This document shows, in pieces, positions 18,535 to 28,644 of a DNA stretch of 64,000 nucleotides. The stretch is taken from positions 640,001 through 704,000 of the forward strand of contig CAWHBU010000003.1 of the NCBI GenBank assembly GCA_963827685.1, in the 5' to 3' direction. Under the pieces are notes generated by a model. That model had not been told where the DNA came from, searched no databases, and saw only the letters and a list, made by a program, of their open reading frames with translations. Source of the DNA: an uncultured delta proteobacterium (GTDB lineage Bacteria > Desulfobacterota > BSN033 > UBA1163). A program made the position numbers and the translations under genes. The stretch's first letter is position 1, and every line of letters starts with the position of its first letter.

Positions 18535-19641
18535 TCAACGAACTCCCAGGGTCGAACCAAGATACTCAAGGCCCAACGGATGAATGGTGACTCTCTTAAC
18601 CTTACTGGACTCAATAGTGCCAGCTCGTGAAGCGAACATACCATGGGAACGAGCAATGGGTAGTATTTTTGCCACATCGTATTCTCGCACATAAAGTGCG
18701 AATCCGGCTCCCATGTTCAGGTTTGCGTAAGCCTCCTGATCATCCACCGGCCCATACTCTTGAATCACGGAGAAAACAGGCTGCGGGACGGGAATATGGT
18801 CGATAATGTACGCGAATGGCTGTGTTGCCCGCATCAACTTACGCCAACCATGGCCTGTAATATTCACAGCGTAATGAATATCTACGCCTTCATGAAAGCA
18901 ATCCTCAACCAAGGGAACATAGATCATCGTGGGGTCAAGCAACGCCTCGCCGTACATTCGTCCGTCGCTGAGCTTCGTCAGATAACCCTCTGGCAACTTT
19001 TCGGCGATCTCTCGCGCAAGCGTAAGCCCATTGGCGTGAATGCCGGAACTACTGATGATGACAATCGCATCCCCGTGTTGAATGTTTGCCGCATTAATAA
19101 GGCGGCTCTTGGGTTTCACGACTCCGACAGCCGAGCCGCTCAGAACGACTGCATCTGGATGAACCACGTCCTTTAAAGTTGGCGTTTCCCCGCCGCCCCA
19201 TGCACAACGCGCCAATTCACAGGCCTTTTTCCACCCATGGATAAGATCCCCACAACGTTTTTCATCGCTGAACCAGCTGGAAACACCAACGGCCAGATGC
19301 ATGGCGACTGAAAGCGGTAATGCACCAAGCGTGACCATGTCATTAACAATCATGGCAACGGTACACTGCGCTATACGATCATAGTAAGACTCCCCGGTTA
19401 ACCTATACATCGCGTCCGCCACCAGATCTTTGGTACCCAAACCCTCTTCCACATGCGCCACATAGTGATCCCCGGCATCCATGAGATAGGCGCTTTCTCC
19501 CCTGCTCATCTCCACTTCAGAAAAACCGAGGCGCAAGATGTGTGTGGCCGTTTCTCGCCCGGCCATCTGCGCAAGCCGCTTAAACGGGTCCATGGCCTCA
19601 TAGTCGACACCGACGCCTGCATAAGTCATCTTCTCGGTCAT
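18535..19641 (-). CDS. purM: AIR synthase
   Basis: TY..VGVD, EGLGTK, VND, GGETP, SSGIHANG, NITGHG, NMGAG. Confidence 0.9.
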   Translation of the reverse strand: MTEKMTYAGVGVDYEAMDPFKRLAQMAGRETATHILRLGFSEVEMSRGESAYLMDAGDHYVAHVEEGLGTKDLVADAMYRLTGESYYDRIAQCTVAMIVNDMVTLGALPLSVAMHLAVGVSSWFSDEKRCGDLIHGWKKACELARCAWGGGETPTLKDVVHPDAVVLSGSAVGVVKPKSRLINAANIQHGDAIVIISSSGIHANGLTLAREIAEKLPEGYLTKLSDGRMYGEALLDPTMIYVPLVEDCFHEGVDIHYAVNITGHGWRKLMRATQPFAYIIDHIPVPQPVFSVIQEYGPVDDQEAYANLNMGAGFALYVREYDVAKILPIARSHGMFASRAGTIESSKVKRVTIHPLGLEYLGSTLGVR

Positions 19642-19813
19642 AGCTCTTGGTCCTCCGTCATAAGTGCATAAAATGTATCGTAGATAATGATGAATATTTT
19701 GAACTACGTCCGATGGGTCGGAATGCTGCGATGGCGATAAAAAAGGAGGAACGCATTAAGGAAAATTGACAATTGGGACAACCTCCCCATGATTCATCAA
19801 TAGACGCATGACC

Positions 19814-20782
19814 TTAATGGAAGAAATTCTTCAAATCTTCTTCCGTCGGATAACAATCCCTCCCATATCCCATCACACTCCCCGCCGCAACAGTGGTTGC
19901 GAAGAGAGCGCTTTCCTCCAAAGACCTCCCCAAAAAGAGACCTGCCAAGAATCCGGCATTGTAAACATCACCGGCCCCGGTATTATCTACCACTTCCACC
20001 TGGACAGCCGGCACTTCAAAATCCCTCTGCTCGGTAAATACATGGGACCCTTGACTGCCCCGTTTGCAAATGACGACAGACGGTCCAGCCTTTATTAATG
20101 ATTTGATCCCCGTATGAAGATCCTGATGGGTCAATACCCACACTTCCCTCTCTGTGAGGAAGAGGAGATGACATCGCTTGATGAGAGGACGAATTTCATT
20201 CAATCCTTTCTTGGCATAAATTTCTCCTGGGTCCATGGACACTTTCACTGATGAGCCAAGATGATTCAACAAAACCTTTTGAGCTTCGAAAGGAGATTCT
20301 CCAATAAAGGAAGTAAGGTGTACCCAAGAAATATCTTTAATCGCATCAAAATTGATCTCTTCGGCTGTCAGAGTGCTGTTGGCATTGCCCCGGACGAAAA
20401 GGAATCGATCCTGGTGACGATCCAAAATTACCAAACAGACACCACTCTTCTGCCCCCGGCGTATCGTGTCAATCTGGGCAGGTTTCAAATTTTCTAGAAG
20501 AAAATCTCCTTCTTCATCTTCCCCGACCTTTCCAATAAATTTTGTCGGAAATCCCATACGGGCCAAGGCAACGATTGTATTGGCCGCCGAGCCACCTCCG
20601 CTCTTTGACTTCATGGTTCCAAATTGCTTTAACTGATCTAAAAGGGAATCGAACTCTTCATCAGAACCAAAACCCTCCTTCCCCGGTTCCAGACGAGACC
20701 TCTTTGAGGAGATCGATTTCAAATCCCTCACTTCAAAAATCAGATCCAGGTTGAGAGCTCCAAACCCGACAACGGGTTTCAT
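19814..20782 (-). CDS. PfkB-family carbohydrate/nucleoside kinase
   Basis: GGSAANT..ALAR.G; VDNTGAGD.YNAGF. Confidence 0.9.
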   Translation of the reverse strand: MKPVVGFGALNLDLIFEVRDLKSISSKRSRLEPGKEGFGSDEEFDSLLDQLKQFGTMKSKSGGGSAANTIVALARMGFPTKFIGKVGEDEEGDFLLENLKPAQIDTIRRGQKSGVCLVILDRHQDRFLFVRGNANSTLTAEEINFDAIKDISWVHLTSFIGESPFEAQKVLLNHLGSSVKVSMDPGEIYAKKGLNEIRPLIKRCHLLFLTEREVWVLTHQDLHTGIKSLIKAGPSVVICKRGSQGSHVFTEQRDFEVPAVQVEVVDNTGAGDVYNAGFLAGLFLGRSLEESALFATTVAAGSVMGYGRDCYPTEEDLKNFFH

Positions 20783-20843
20783 TTTCTTGAATATAATTTA
20801 GAATTGAAAGACTAAGCAATTATAGTGAATGCCAAAAGACAGT

Positions 20844-20954
20844 TGTCATTGCGAGGAATCCTGCTTTGGCGGGACGACGTGCCTGCGCGCTGAAGCGCTA
20901 CGGCGCGCAAGCGTGGCAATCTCAAGAGATTGCTTCACTTCGTTCGCAATGACA
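20844..20954. repeat. REP-like palindrome TGTCATTGCGA...TCGCAATGACA with a nested GC palindrome
   Basis: 11-bp terminal inverted repeats; internal TGCGCGC..GCGCGCA hairpin. Confidence 0.75.
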
Positions 20955-21207
20955 CCTTATGCCTGCGAACTTACCTACGAGGTCTACTGTAACAATTCCG
21001 ATCCCCTAAATCTGTAATCCCTTAATCCCTAAATTATCTTCGTTTTACAAATAGAACATATTGGTTTAAAATTCAACATCAAAGTCTCTTCCTCTTTTTT
21101 CGTCCCTTCGACCCACTCCGCCTGTGGCGGGCAGGTGCCAAGCAGGGACAATTGGGGGAGGATGGGAGGAAGGGGTTGTATCATAAAAATTCAAGGGAGG
21201 AGCATGG

Positions 21208-21768
21208 ATGGATCTGTTGTCGCGAATTGAGAGAGAAAAAGCAGTTCTTGTAATTGTCGATGTTCAGGATGTCTTGATGAGGAAGATGAATCAAGAGGTA
21301 GGGGAAAAGCTGATCCGAAATATTCGGATTCTTCTCGCCTTCGCAAAAGACATGGCCATCCCCATTATGATCACGGAACAGTATCCCAAGGGATTAGGCA
21401 AGACGGTCCCTGAAATCAGAATGGGACTGGGGTCCATCCTTCCCATTGAAAAGGTCTCCTTCAGTTGCTGCGGTGTGGAGACCTTCAATAATAAATTGAA
21501 TCAATTTGGAAGGAAGCAGGTCATTCTTACTGGGATCGAAACCCATGTGTGTGTTCTGCAGACAGCCGACGATCTGATACAGAAAGGCTATGAAGTCTAT
21601 GTGGTGGCCGATGCCGTCTGTTCAAGGAGAAAATTGGATTGGGAGATTGGTCTAAGATGGATGGAAAAAAAAGGGGCGATGATCTCGACCACCGAGATCA
21701 TCGCCTTTCGACTATTGAAGGAGGCTGGGACTGAAGAGTTTAGGGGGTTGTCAAAATTATTAAAATAA
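21208..21768 (+). CDS. Isochorismatase-family hydrolase
   Basis: VIVDVQ, TEQYPKGLG.T, K.SFSC, GIETHVCV.QT. Confidence 0.9.
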   Translation: MDLLSRIEREKAVLVIVDVQDVLMRKMNQEVGEKLIRNIRILLAFAKDMAIPIMITEQYPKGLGKTVPEIRMGLGSILPIEKVSFSCCGVETFNNKLNQFGRKQVILTGIETHVCVLQTADDLIQKGYEVYVVADAVCSRRKLDWEIGLRWMEKKGAMISTTEIIAFRLLKEAGTEEFRGLSKLLK

Positions 21769-22000
21769 GCAAAACACTTTAAATCCCTTAAATCCAATGA
21801 AACAGTTTGGCGAAGAAATAGGGGACGAAGAACGCATTGGTAAAGACCAATGTCCAAAGGACTACTCTTTCAAAACTAATCTCGATTTTTCTTCCCTCTT
21901 CTGTTTCCTGAATCCCCAATATTTCTTTACCACTCATCTTTCATCCCGTCGACAATTTTGTAAAAAAAGAGCAAATTTGTGAAGTTACTGAAGTAATTTA

Positions 22001-22111
22001 CTAATCTTCAAATCGGTTTTTCACTATTTTTAAAAACGCAAAACCCCCGAAAATGATTAGGCAAATTATAAATAAATTGGATAGGGCAAATTCTCTTATT
22101 GTCGAACTCAT
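22001..22111 (-). CDS. Unannotated 36-aa single-TM protein (MSSTIREFALSNLFIICLIIFGGFAFLKIVKNRFED)
   Basis: AAGGAG SD 6 nt before ATG; directly downstream of a sigma54 promoter. Confidence 0.55.
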   Translation of the reverse strand: MSSTIREFALSNLFIICLIIFGGFAFLKIVKNRFED

Positions 22112-22145
22112 TACCCACTCCTTTTAGTATCTGTAAGAACATAGA

Positions 22146-22160
22146 GCAAGTCTTGTGCCA
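22146..22160 (-). promoter_or_regulatory. sigma54 -24/-12 promoter
   Basis: TGGCAC-AAGAC-TTGC. Confidence 0.75.
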
Positions 22161-22484
22161 ATGACTGGACAGAAAGGGAGTCAATTGAAATTTAAATAGA
22201 ATTTGATATTAGAGGGACTTAATGATAGATTTACTGCAAGGCATAAAATGTCATATGTCTGTAGAAATTTATTTAGCCCCTAGAATCTGATTAAAATGAT
22301 TAAAAACCGAATCCAGCTATGAAACGGTATCTTGGGTTTAAGAAACGATAATCTGAAACCCGTTGTGGTCTTCGCCCTACATTCCGCAATCCCTGCCTGT
22401 GCCTGCCTTTGGTGGGCAGGGGGGCAGACGAATTCCTCATTTATTTTGATATCCACTCCAAGCTTGGTGTTAATCAATCCGGAC

Positions 22485-25172
22485 TTACTTGTCCAGTACT
22501 TCCCTAACTTTTCTCGCCAACCCTTCCACTGTAAATGGCTTCTGAATAAACTTCATCCCTCCTCCTAAAACACCGTGATGGACGATTGCATTGCCTGTAT
22601 AGCCCGACATATAGAGCACTTTTATCTCCGGACGAATTTCTGCTATACGATCCGCCATTTCACAACCGCTTATCTTAGGCATCACCACATCGGTCACCAA
22701 AAGATGGATAAGGTCTTCATATTCCTCAACGATAAGGAAAGCATCCAATCCTTGCGATGCCTCTAAAACTTTATACCCTTGTTTTTCTAAGATTCGAACA
22801 GCCAGCTTACGAACCTTCTCTTCATCCTCGACGATGAGAATCGTCTCCGTGCCACGAGGGATTTCCTTGACCTCCACCCTCTCCCCCAATTCCTCAAAAG
22901 GTTCATCCACAATAGGAAGGTGGATTTTAAATGTAGTGCCTTTGCCAGGTTCGCTGTAAACCCAGATGTTTCCGCCGCTTTGCTTCACAATCCCATAAAC
23001 TGTCGACAAACCCAATCCCGTCCCTTCACCCTCCTCTTTGGTCGTAAAAAAAGGCTCGAAGACACGATCCCTCAACTCCGAGGTCATCCCCGCTCCGGTA
23101 TCACTCACCGAAAGCATCGCATAACGACCTGGTTTCACGGCAATATGATTCCGAGCATATTTTCCATCCAATCCTACATTAACCGTTTCTATAATAAGCT
23201 TTCCTCCTTGAGGCATCGCATCTCTGGCATTGACCGAAAGATTCATGACCACCTGTTCGATTTGGCCTGGGTCTGCTTTTACCCTTCCTAAATCCTCTGC
23301 CAATATAGTAACCAGCTCAATATCCTCACCAATGACCCGGCGAAGCATCTTGTCAAGATTTCTTAATATGGTGTTGAGATCTAATACCTTCATCTTCATG
23401 ATTTGACGACGGCTGAAAGCTAAAAGCTGGTGGGTTAGATCTGCTGCTTTGTCTGCAGCCCTTCTGATTTCCTCGATATTTAATTTTAATGGGCCATCTT
23501 CTTTTATCTCTTGGAGGGAGAGTTGGCTATAGCCTTTGATGACGGTTAATAGGTTATTGAAATCGTGGGCAACACCACCTGCCAGTTGTCCAATGGCTTC
23601 CATCTTCTGAGACTGGCGAAGCTGCTCTTGAAGGATCGCCATCTCTTTATCCGCCTGCGTGCGCTCGGTGACATCCCGGACAATGCCTCTAAACCCTATC
23701 CGGTTACCTGATGAATCCTTCATCAAGGATACAGAAGCATCAATGCATCTTTTTGTCCCATCTTTTCTTATAATCTCCCAATCGAATCCTTTGGTGGGTT
23801 CTCCCGTTCTATAGACTTTGTTAAAGGTTTGAAACAATTTCTTCGCATTCTCTTGATCCGTGTACTGCCGATCATCCATGCCCATCAATTCCTCTCTGGG
23901 ATATCCATATATTCGGCAGAATGAATCATTGAAGAAGGTAAGATTACCGGCAATGTCAACCTCATAATAGCCGTCCTCGATGTTTTCAAGAATGGTTCGA
24001 TATTTCTCCTCACTACTTCTTAACGCTTCTTCTGCCTGTTTACGCTCCGTAATGTCCTGAATGGTAGCTCGGAGGCCTTTGATGCCGCCCTTTTCATCCC
24101 GAAGGAGCCGATCCTCAATTATGGCTGGGAAGGTTGTCCCATCTTTTCGTCGGTAGGTTCGCTCAAGACCTCGAGCAGGGGGCATGGCACCAGATAACTT
24201 AGCTAATATCTGTTGACGGGCTACTTCTCCTTCAACAATGAACTCCCAGACAGGCTTACCAACCATATCATCGAGAGTGTAGCCCAGCATTTCTATCTCT
24301 GTGCGATTGACGTTGGTGATGCGTCCCTCAGTATTGTATTCGAAGTATCCAACTGGTGCATTGTCATAAAGTTCTCTGAATCTTTCTTCACTTTCCCGCA
24401 ACGCTACTTCTATTCGCTTCCGCTCGGTAATGTCGCGGGCAATGCCTAACATACCGATCATAGAGCCATTCTTGGTATGAGGGGTAGCCATGAATTCAGT
24501 CACCAGATAATCACCCGATTTCCTGAGAACCCTCAATTGGAAAGGCGCGATCTTTTCCCCTTTCATGATACGCTGGAAGAATTCCAGACCTCGGGACAAA
24601 TCGTCAGGATGGAGTATGGAGGTAAAATGTTTGTACAACCAGTCAAATCCAGGCCACCCGGTAATTCTCTCAAAGGCGGGGTTGAGAGAGGTGATCTTTC
24701 CGTCGGGAGCTAAGGTAAAGATGACGTCGGGTGCATTTTCAACAAGATTTCGGAAACGTTGTTCCGAATCAAGCAACGCCTCCTCCGCCCTCTTACGCTC
24801 GATGGCATAATGGATCGCGCGGATTAGTAGATTGCTATCTATTTGATTCTTTACGAGATAGTCCTGAGCCCCTCCCCCGACCGCTCTCAGGGCAAGGGTG
24901 TCATTGGCAAGACCTGTTAGCACAACAATTGGGATCTGCGGTGCCTGGTCATGTATCTTTTTGAAAGTATCGATTCCCTGGTTGCCAGGGAATCCAAGAT
25001 CCACAAGGAGCCCATCAAAAGTTCCTTCTTTTAGGTATGCCAACCCGCTCGAAAGCTCTTTGGCCCACTTCAGTTCGACGTTGGCCCTCGACTCTTTAAA
25101 CATCTCTTGGATGAGCCTGAAGTCACCTGGATTATCCTCAATGAACAATACTTGAAGAGGCTTTTCTCCCAT
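22485..25172 (-). CDS. Hybrid kinase REC-PAS-PAS-PAS-HisKA-HATPase-REC (start moved to MGEKP)
   Basis: Repeated DITERK linkers; AHDFNNLL; NARDAM; GTGLGL; receiver domains at both ends. Confidence 0.92.
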   Translation of the reverse strand: MGEKPLQVLFIEDNPGDFRLIQEMFKESRANVELKWAKELSSGLAYLKEGTFDGLLVDLGFPGNQGIDTFKKIHDQAPQIPIVVLTGLANDTLALRAVGGGAQDYLVKNQIDSNLLIRAIHYAIERKRAEEALLDSEQRFRNLVENAPDVIFTLAPDGKITSLNPAFERITGWPGFDWLYKHFTSILHPDDLSRGLEFFQRIMKGEKIAPFQLRVLRKSGDYLVTEFMATPHTKNGSMIGMLGIARDITERKRIEVALRESEERFRELYDNAPVGYFEYNTEGRITNVNRTEIEMLGYTLDDMVGKPVWEFIVEGEVARQQILAKLSGAMPPARGLERTYRRKDGTTFPAIIEDRLLRDEKGGIKGLRATIQDITERKQAEEALRSSEEKYRTILENIEDGYYEVDIAGNLTFFNDSFCRIYGYPREELMGMDDRQYTDQENAKKLFQTFNKVYRTGEPTKGFDWEIIRKDGTKRCIDASVSLMKDSSGNRIGFRGIVRDVTERTQADKEMAILQEQLRQSQKMEAIGQLAGGVAHDFNNLLTVIKGYSQLSLQEIKEDGPLKLNIEEIRRAADKAADLTHQLLAFSRRQIMKMKVLDLNTILRNLDKMLRRVIGEDIELVTILAEDLGRVKADPGQIEQVVMNLSVNARDAMPQGGKLIIETVNVGLDGKYARNHIAVKPGRYAMLSVSDTGAGMTSELRDRVFEPFFTTKEEGEGTGLGLSTVYGIVKQSGGNIWVYSEPGKGTTFKIHLPIVDEPFEELGERVEVKEIPRGTETILIVEDEEKVRKLAVRILEKQGYKVLEASQGLDAFLIVEEYEDLIHLLVTDVVMPKISGCEMADRIAEIRPEIKVLYMSGYTGNAIVHHGVLGGGMKFIQKPFTVEGLARKVREVLDK

Positions 25173-25346
25173 CTTATTTACTCCGGTGGTAGTTTTACAA
25201 TGCTCAACCAAAAATCCTCGATCGATTTTATGACTGTGGCATATTGATCTAAATCTCCGGAATATCACCCCCAGAGGCAAATCCCGTGGAAGTGATGACT
25301 CCCATGATGATCACACATATCCATCGACACATCGCCTCTCACCTCC

Positions 25347-26441
25347 TCAAGAGCATTGCAGACTGCTATTGGATCTCTTTCTATTTTCTTTCCCAGAAAT
25401 GAGTAAAGCTTTATGCCTAATTTTATCCTGATACATGTTGGCGTCCGCCTGGTTCAGGGCATCGATCAAACTGGTTCCGTCCCGCCTGCATGCATATCCA
25501 AAGGCGAGATTCAATGTTAGGCCTTGGTCAGAGTTATGCGCATTCCATTCATTTACCGCCTTCCGCAGGGTATCCGTGACGGAGGAAGCTCCCTTTTCGG
25601 TCGTCTCAGGTAAGAGGATCACGAATTCGTCCCCACCATATCTGGCTACAATGTCCGAAGTCCTACAGGTATTTCGAAGTAACCTGGCAGTTTCTTCAAC
25701 GACAAGATCCCCTTTAAGATGTCCGAAATGGTCGTTGATATATTTCAGGTCATCGATGTCCACCATTAGGATGGCAAGGGAGCGTTTATATCGCTGGTAT
25801 CTGATCTCCTCCCTTGCTAAAATTTCATCAAAGTAGGTACGGTTGTAGAGCCCTGTAAGCTTATCAGTAATGGACAGCTTCGCCAGTTTCGTGTTCTTCC
25901 TCCTGAGTCTTTCCAGCAATTGCATCTGCCTCAGGAAAGCATTCTGTTTTGTAAAAGCTGTGCCTACAACGTTTAATAATCCTTTGTTGCTAAAAGGCTT
26001 AGTGAGATAGCTGAACGCCCCGTTATTGAGGGCTGTAACGGCTGTTTCCGTCTCAGGAAACGCGGTGAGGATGATAACCACCGTATGGGGGGAAATCTTC
26101 TTGGCCCTCTCCAACAGCTCGATGCCGCTCCTATCCGGCAGTCTCATATCAGTAATCATCAGCTCATAGCGAGTGTTTCTTATCTTTTCTATCGCTTCGG
26201 AGACTGTGAAGGTCATATCCGCCAGATATCCATTGTCCCGGAGGACTTGTGCAAGAATCTCACATAGATCTTCTTCATCGTCCACGATTAATATTTTAGC
26301 TTTTTTGCAATTTGGTCTTCCGGTTGGCCTCTCGGTATGAACCGTCGATTGTAGAAATAACGCTTTTTGCCTCCCGTTCACCTCAATATCTTTCTGGGTA
26401 GATATATTAGTTCCCATTCTTTCTCCTCCAACCTCATCCAC
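25347..26441 (-). CDS. Receiver-GGDEF diguanylate cyclase (start uncertain)
   Basis: ILIVDDE receiver; DKLTGLYNR; RxxD I-site (RTSD); intact RYGGDEF. Confidence 0.92.
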   Translation of the reverse strand: MDEVGGERMGTNISTQKDIEVNGRQKALFLQSTVHTERPTGRPNCKKAKILIVDDEEDLCEILAQVLRDNGYLADMTFTVSEAIEKIRNTRYELMITDMRLPDRSGIELLERAKKISPHTVVIILTAFPETETAVTALNNGAFSYLTKPFSNKGLLNVVGTAFTKQNAFLRQMQLLERLRRKNTKLAKLSITDKLTGLYNRTYFDEILAREEIRYQRYKRSLAILMVDIDDLKYINDHFGHLKGDLVVEETARLLRNTCRTSDIVARYGGDEFVILLPETTEKGASSVTDTLRKAVNEWNAHNSDQGLTLNLAFGYACRRDGTSLIDALNQADANMYQDKIRHKALLISGKENRKRSNSSLQCS

Positions 26442-26501
26442 GGATTGTTACCTACCGCTTGCTACCGATGAAGAATTTGGTCAGTTCAACTATGACAATA
26501 G

Positions 26502-26807
26502 CTATTCCGCTTTCACTCTCATCTCTAATTGATCCAGTCTTTCTTTGAGGATTTTGTTTTCTTTCTCTATTTCTGTCTCTTTTGCTTTTGAGGAAAGGTA
26601 GGAATCGCTCTGCCACCAATTTATCCCCATCTCCATAGCCTTATCCACAGAGGCAACCAAAAGCCTTATCTTTATAGTGAGAAGGTCGATATCAGCAATT
26701 TGAATCTTAATATCTCCCGCAATCACAATCCCCTTATCCAAAACTCTCTCTAATATGTCGGCGAGATTAGTAGCTTCCGTGGCATGCATCAGTTTTTGTG
26801 TAGTCAT
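26502..26807 (-). CDS. gvpJ: Gas vesicle protein GvpJ (GvpA family)
   Basis: LADILERVLDKGIVIAGDI...LLTIKIRLLVASVDKA.EMGINWW..D..L. Confidence 0.9.
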   Translation of the reverse strand: MTTQKLMHATEATNLADILERVLDKGIVIAGDIKIQIADIDLLTIKIRLLVASVDKAMEMGINWWQSDSYLSSKAKETEIEKENKILKERLDQLEMRVKAE

Positions 26808-26852
26808 AACTCTTTCCTCTCTCTTTTTAATACAAACGCATTAAATCAAATT

Positions 26853-26902
26853 ACCCCCCACCCACTCCTCCCCCTCAAGGGGGGAGGGTTAGGGTGGGGG
26901 TG
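26853..26902. repeat. GC-rich REP-like palindrome (related copies at ~8228, 27220-27260, 58086-58175)
   Basis: ACCCCCCACCC..CTCCCCCTCAAGGGGGGAG..GGGTGGGGGTG. Confidence 0.7.
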
Positions 26903-26928
26903 ATGTCATATTATTTGTTGCGTTTGTA

Positions 26929-27198
26929 TTAGTTATGCTTAATTTTTTTGGCCTTTATAATTAAATTCGATGTTTTTTTACGTAAGTTTGTAATGAAATG
27001 GCAATTCTTGCAATCTAATCTTTTGTCATCATAATCCCGACAGGAAAGAAGCACCTCAGCTTTTTTTTGCAATTCCTCAGCAAACTCTGCCTTCTCCAAC
27101 ACTCCTTTGGCCTGATTAATTTTAACTGTGATATCCTTTATCACAGACTCTTGTTTTTGAAATATGGGGCAGCCTATCTTGGATTTATTTTCATCCAC
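26929..27198 (-). CDS. Cys-rich small gas-vesicle-cluster protein (positional equivalent of Serratia GvpX)
   Basis: CP...C-x9-CxxCH; lies between gvpK and gvpJ. Confidence 0.6.
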   Translation of the reverse strand: MDENKSKIGCPIFQKQESVIKDITVKINQAKGVLEKAEFAEELQKKAEVLLSCRDYDDKRLDCKNCHFITNLRKKTSNLIIKAKKIKHN

Positions 27199-27269
27199 CT
27201 GAAAATACCTCTTTCGTCTTCCCCCTCACCCTAACCCTCTCCCGCAAGGGGAGAGGGGATATCTGAGGA

Positions 27270-27824
27270 TTACATCAGATTCCCCAGAGGACCTAAATCT
27301 AAATTTAACTCTTCATCTTCGATGCCAAAGATTGCCTGGATCTCTTTTATCTTCTTCTTTATCGCCTTGAGACTCAATCCCAATTTTTGAATTTCCACAG
27401 GCGAAAGCACCCCCCTTTTCACCCTTCTGTAAGATTCCTTTTCCAAAAGTTTTCTGATCAGCTCAACCAAAGTTAAAACTAATTTAGCTAAGCCCTGCTC
27501 TGCCTTTTGGGGATTCCCCAAGTCAATAAGTTTAGGAATATTTTCTTCGGCTCTTTTTATCTCCCTTTTTAATTTCTGTATATATTGCATATCTTCTGGG
27601 GAAAATTCCTTATCTGGATTACTGAAATTCTTACCGGATAGCTCTTCTGCCTTAGAAATTGATGTAAGAATGAGTCTTAGACCCAGAAAAACAAGGTCCA
27701 CATCCGCTACCCTTATGACTACATCTCCATTGATGACCGCGCCTTTCTCTAAAACCTTATCCAGAGCATCTACTAAAGTTACATTTTCGTTTTTATTGAT
27801 TGTATGATTTAATAAATGAGACAT
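27270..27824 (-). CDS. gvpK: GvpJ/GvpS-like domain fused to GvpK (start moved to MSHLL)
   Basis: N-terminal LVDALDKVLEKGAVINGDVVIRVADVDL; C-terminal GLAKLVLTLVELIR...LNLDLGPLG. Confidence 0.85.
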   Translation of the reverse strand: MSHLLNHTINKNENVTLVDALDKVLEKGAVINGDVVIRVADVDLVFLGLRLILTSISKAEELSGKNFSNPDKEFSPEDMQYIQKLKREIKRAEENIPKLIDLGNPQKAEQGLAKLVLTLVELIRKLLEKESYRRVKRGVLSPVEIQKLGLSLKAIKKKIKEIQAIFGIEDEELNLDLGPLGNLM

Positions 27825-27829
27825 ATTTT

Positions 27830-28639
27830 TTAATAAGCGCTGAAATTGTAAGCTGGCCAGGGGCCACTGCACTCAAGACAAAATCCATTCGCTTGAATCT
27901 CTTGATTCAATCTTTGAGCCTCTTTATTAAAATCTTCAATTTTCTCTTCCGGGATTAAATAGGCGACGTTTAAAACCATCGGTTCCTGTCTTCCCGTTAA
28001 CTCTTTTTCCAAAATTTTATTCTTAACTGAGGCTATCGATTGTTTTTCTAAATCCACAAAAAGACCCTCTACGATATTGTTTAATTCTTTGTCGAGCTCT
28101 TCATAAATAGCCTCTTTCAACTCCTCTTCCATAAAAAAGGCTAATCCTTCAGGTAAATGTGCAATTTCCCTCTCTTTCTCTTTTATTGTTTCATTTTTCT
28201 CTTTTATTACTTGCTCAAATTTTCTTCTATCCTTTAGATATACCTTTACAGACCACTCATGTTTTCCTCGAATTCTCTCCAAGGCTTCTCTAATCCTAAG
28301 ATAATTTTTTTCTAATACCTCTTCTAATCTTGCTCTATCATTAAAAATGGTGCCGAATTTCATGGGGATCAGGTCTAAGAGGATAGGGCCCCTTCTCATC
28401 GCTTCCTGAACGACTCTTGCGTGGGTAACAGCCTTCTCCTTAATCCAGTTCAGGTCTTCCTGCGCTTTTCTTTGAATCTCTTCACTGGCGAATGCTTCGA
28501 ATGCCACTTCGCTAACGATTGCCTCTATATCGCGAAAGGGAAGAATAAAGACTTCTCTGTTTCCATCAACACCTTTTGTTGGTGTCGCCAAATAGCCCGG
28601 AGCGCTTTCCCTGAGGCAGTAAAGGTATAATCCCGTCAT
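27830..28639 (-). CDS. GvpL/GvpF family protein
   Basis: YLYC start; H..VV; PMKFGTIF; EWSVK; SGPWPAYNF. Confidence 0.9.
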   Translation of the reverse strand: MTGLYLYCLRESAPGYLATPTKGVDGNREVFILPFRDIEAIVSEVAFEAFASEEIQRKAQEDLNWIKEKAVTHARVVQEAMRRGPILLDLIPMKFGTIFNDRARLEEVLEKNYLRIREALERIRGKHEWSVKVYLKDRRKFEQVIKEKNETIKEKEREIAHLPEGLAFFMEEELKEAIYEELDKELNNIVEGLFVDLEKQSIASVKNKILEKELTGRQEPMVLNVAYLIPEEKIEDFNKEAQRLNQEIQANGFCLECSGPWPAYNFSAY

Positions 28640-28644
28640 CCTGG

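Noticed and set aside
20829-21017. 62-aa ORF with CHCEE/LRRAS
   Set aside because: It is a translation of the palindromic repeat at 20844-20954.
26995-27012. c-type cytochrome (CxxCH)
   Set aside because: No export signal, so covalent heme attachment is unlikely.
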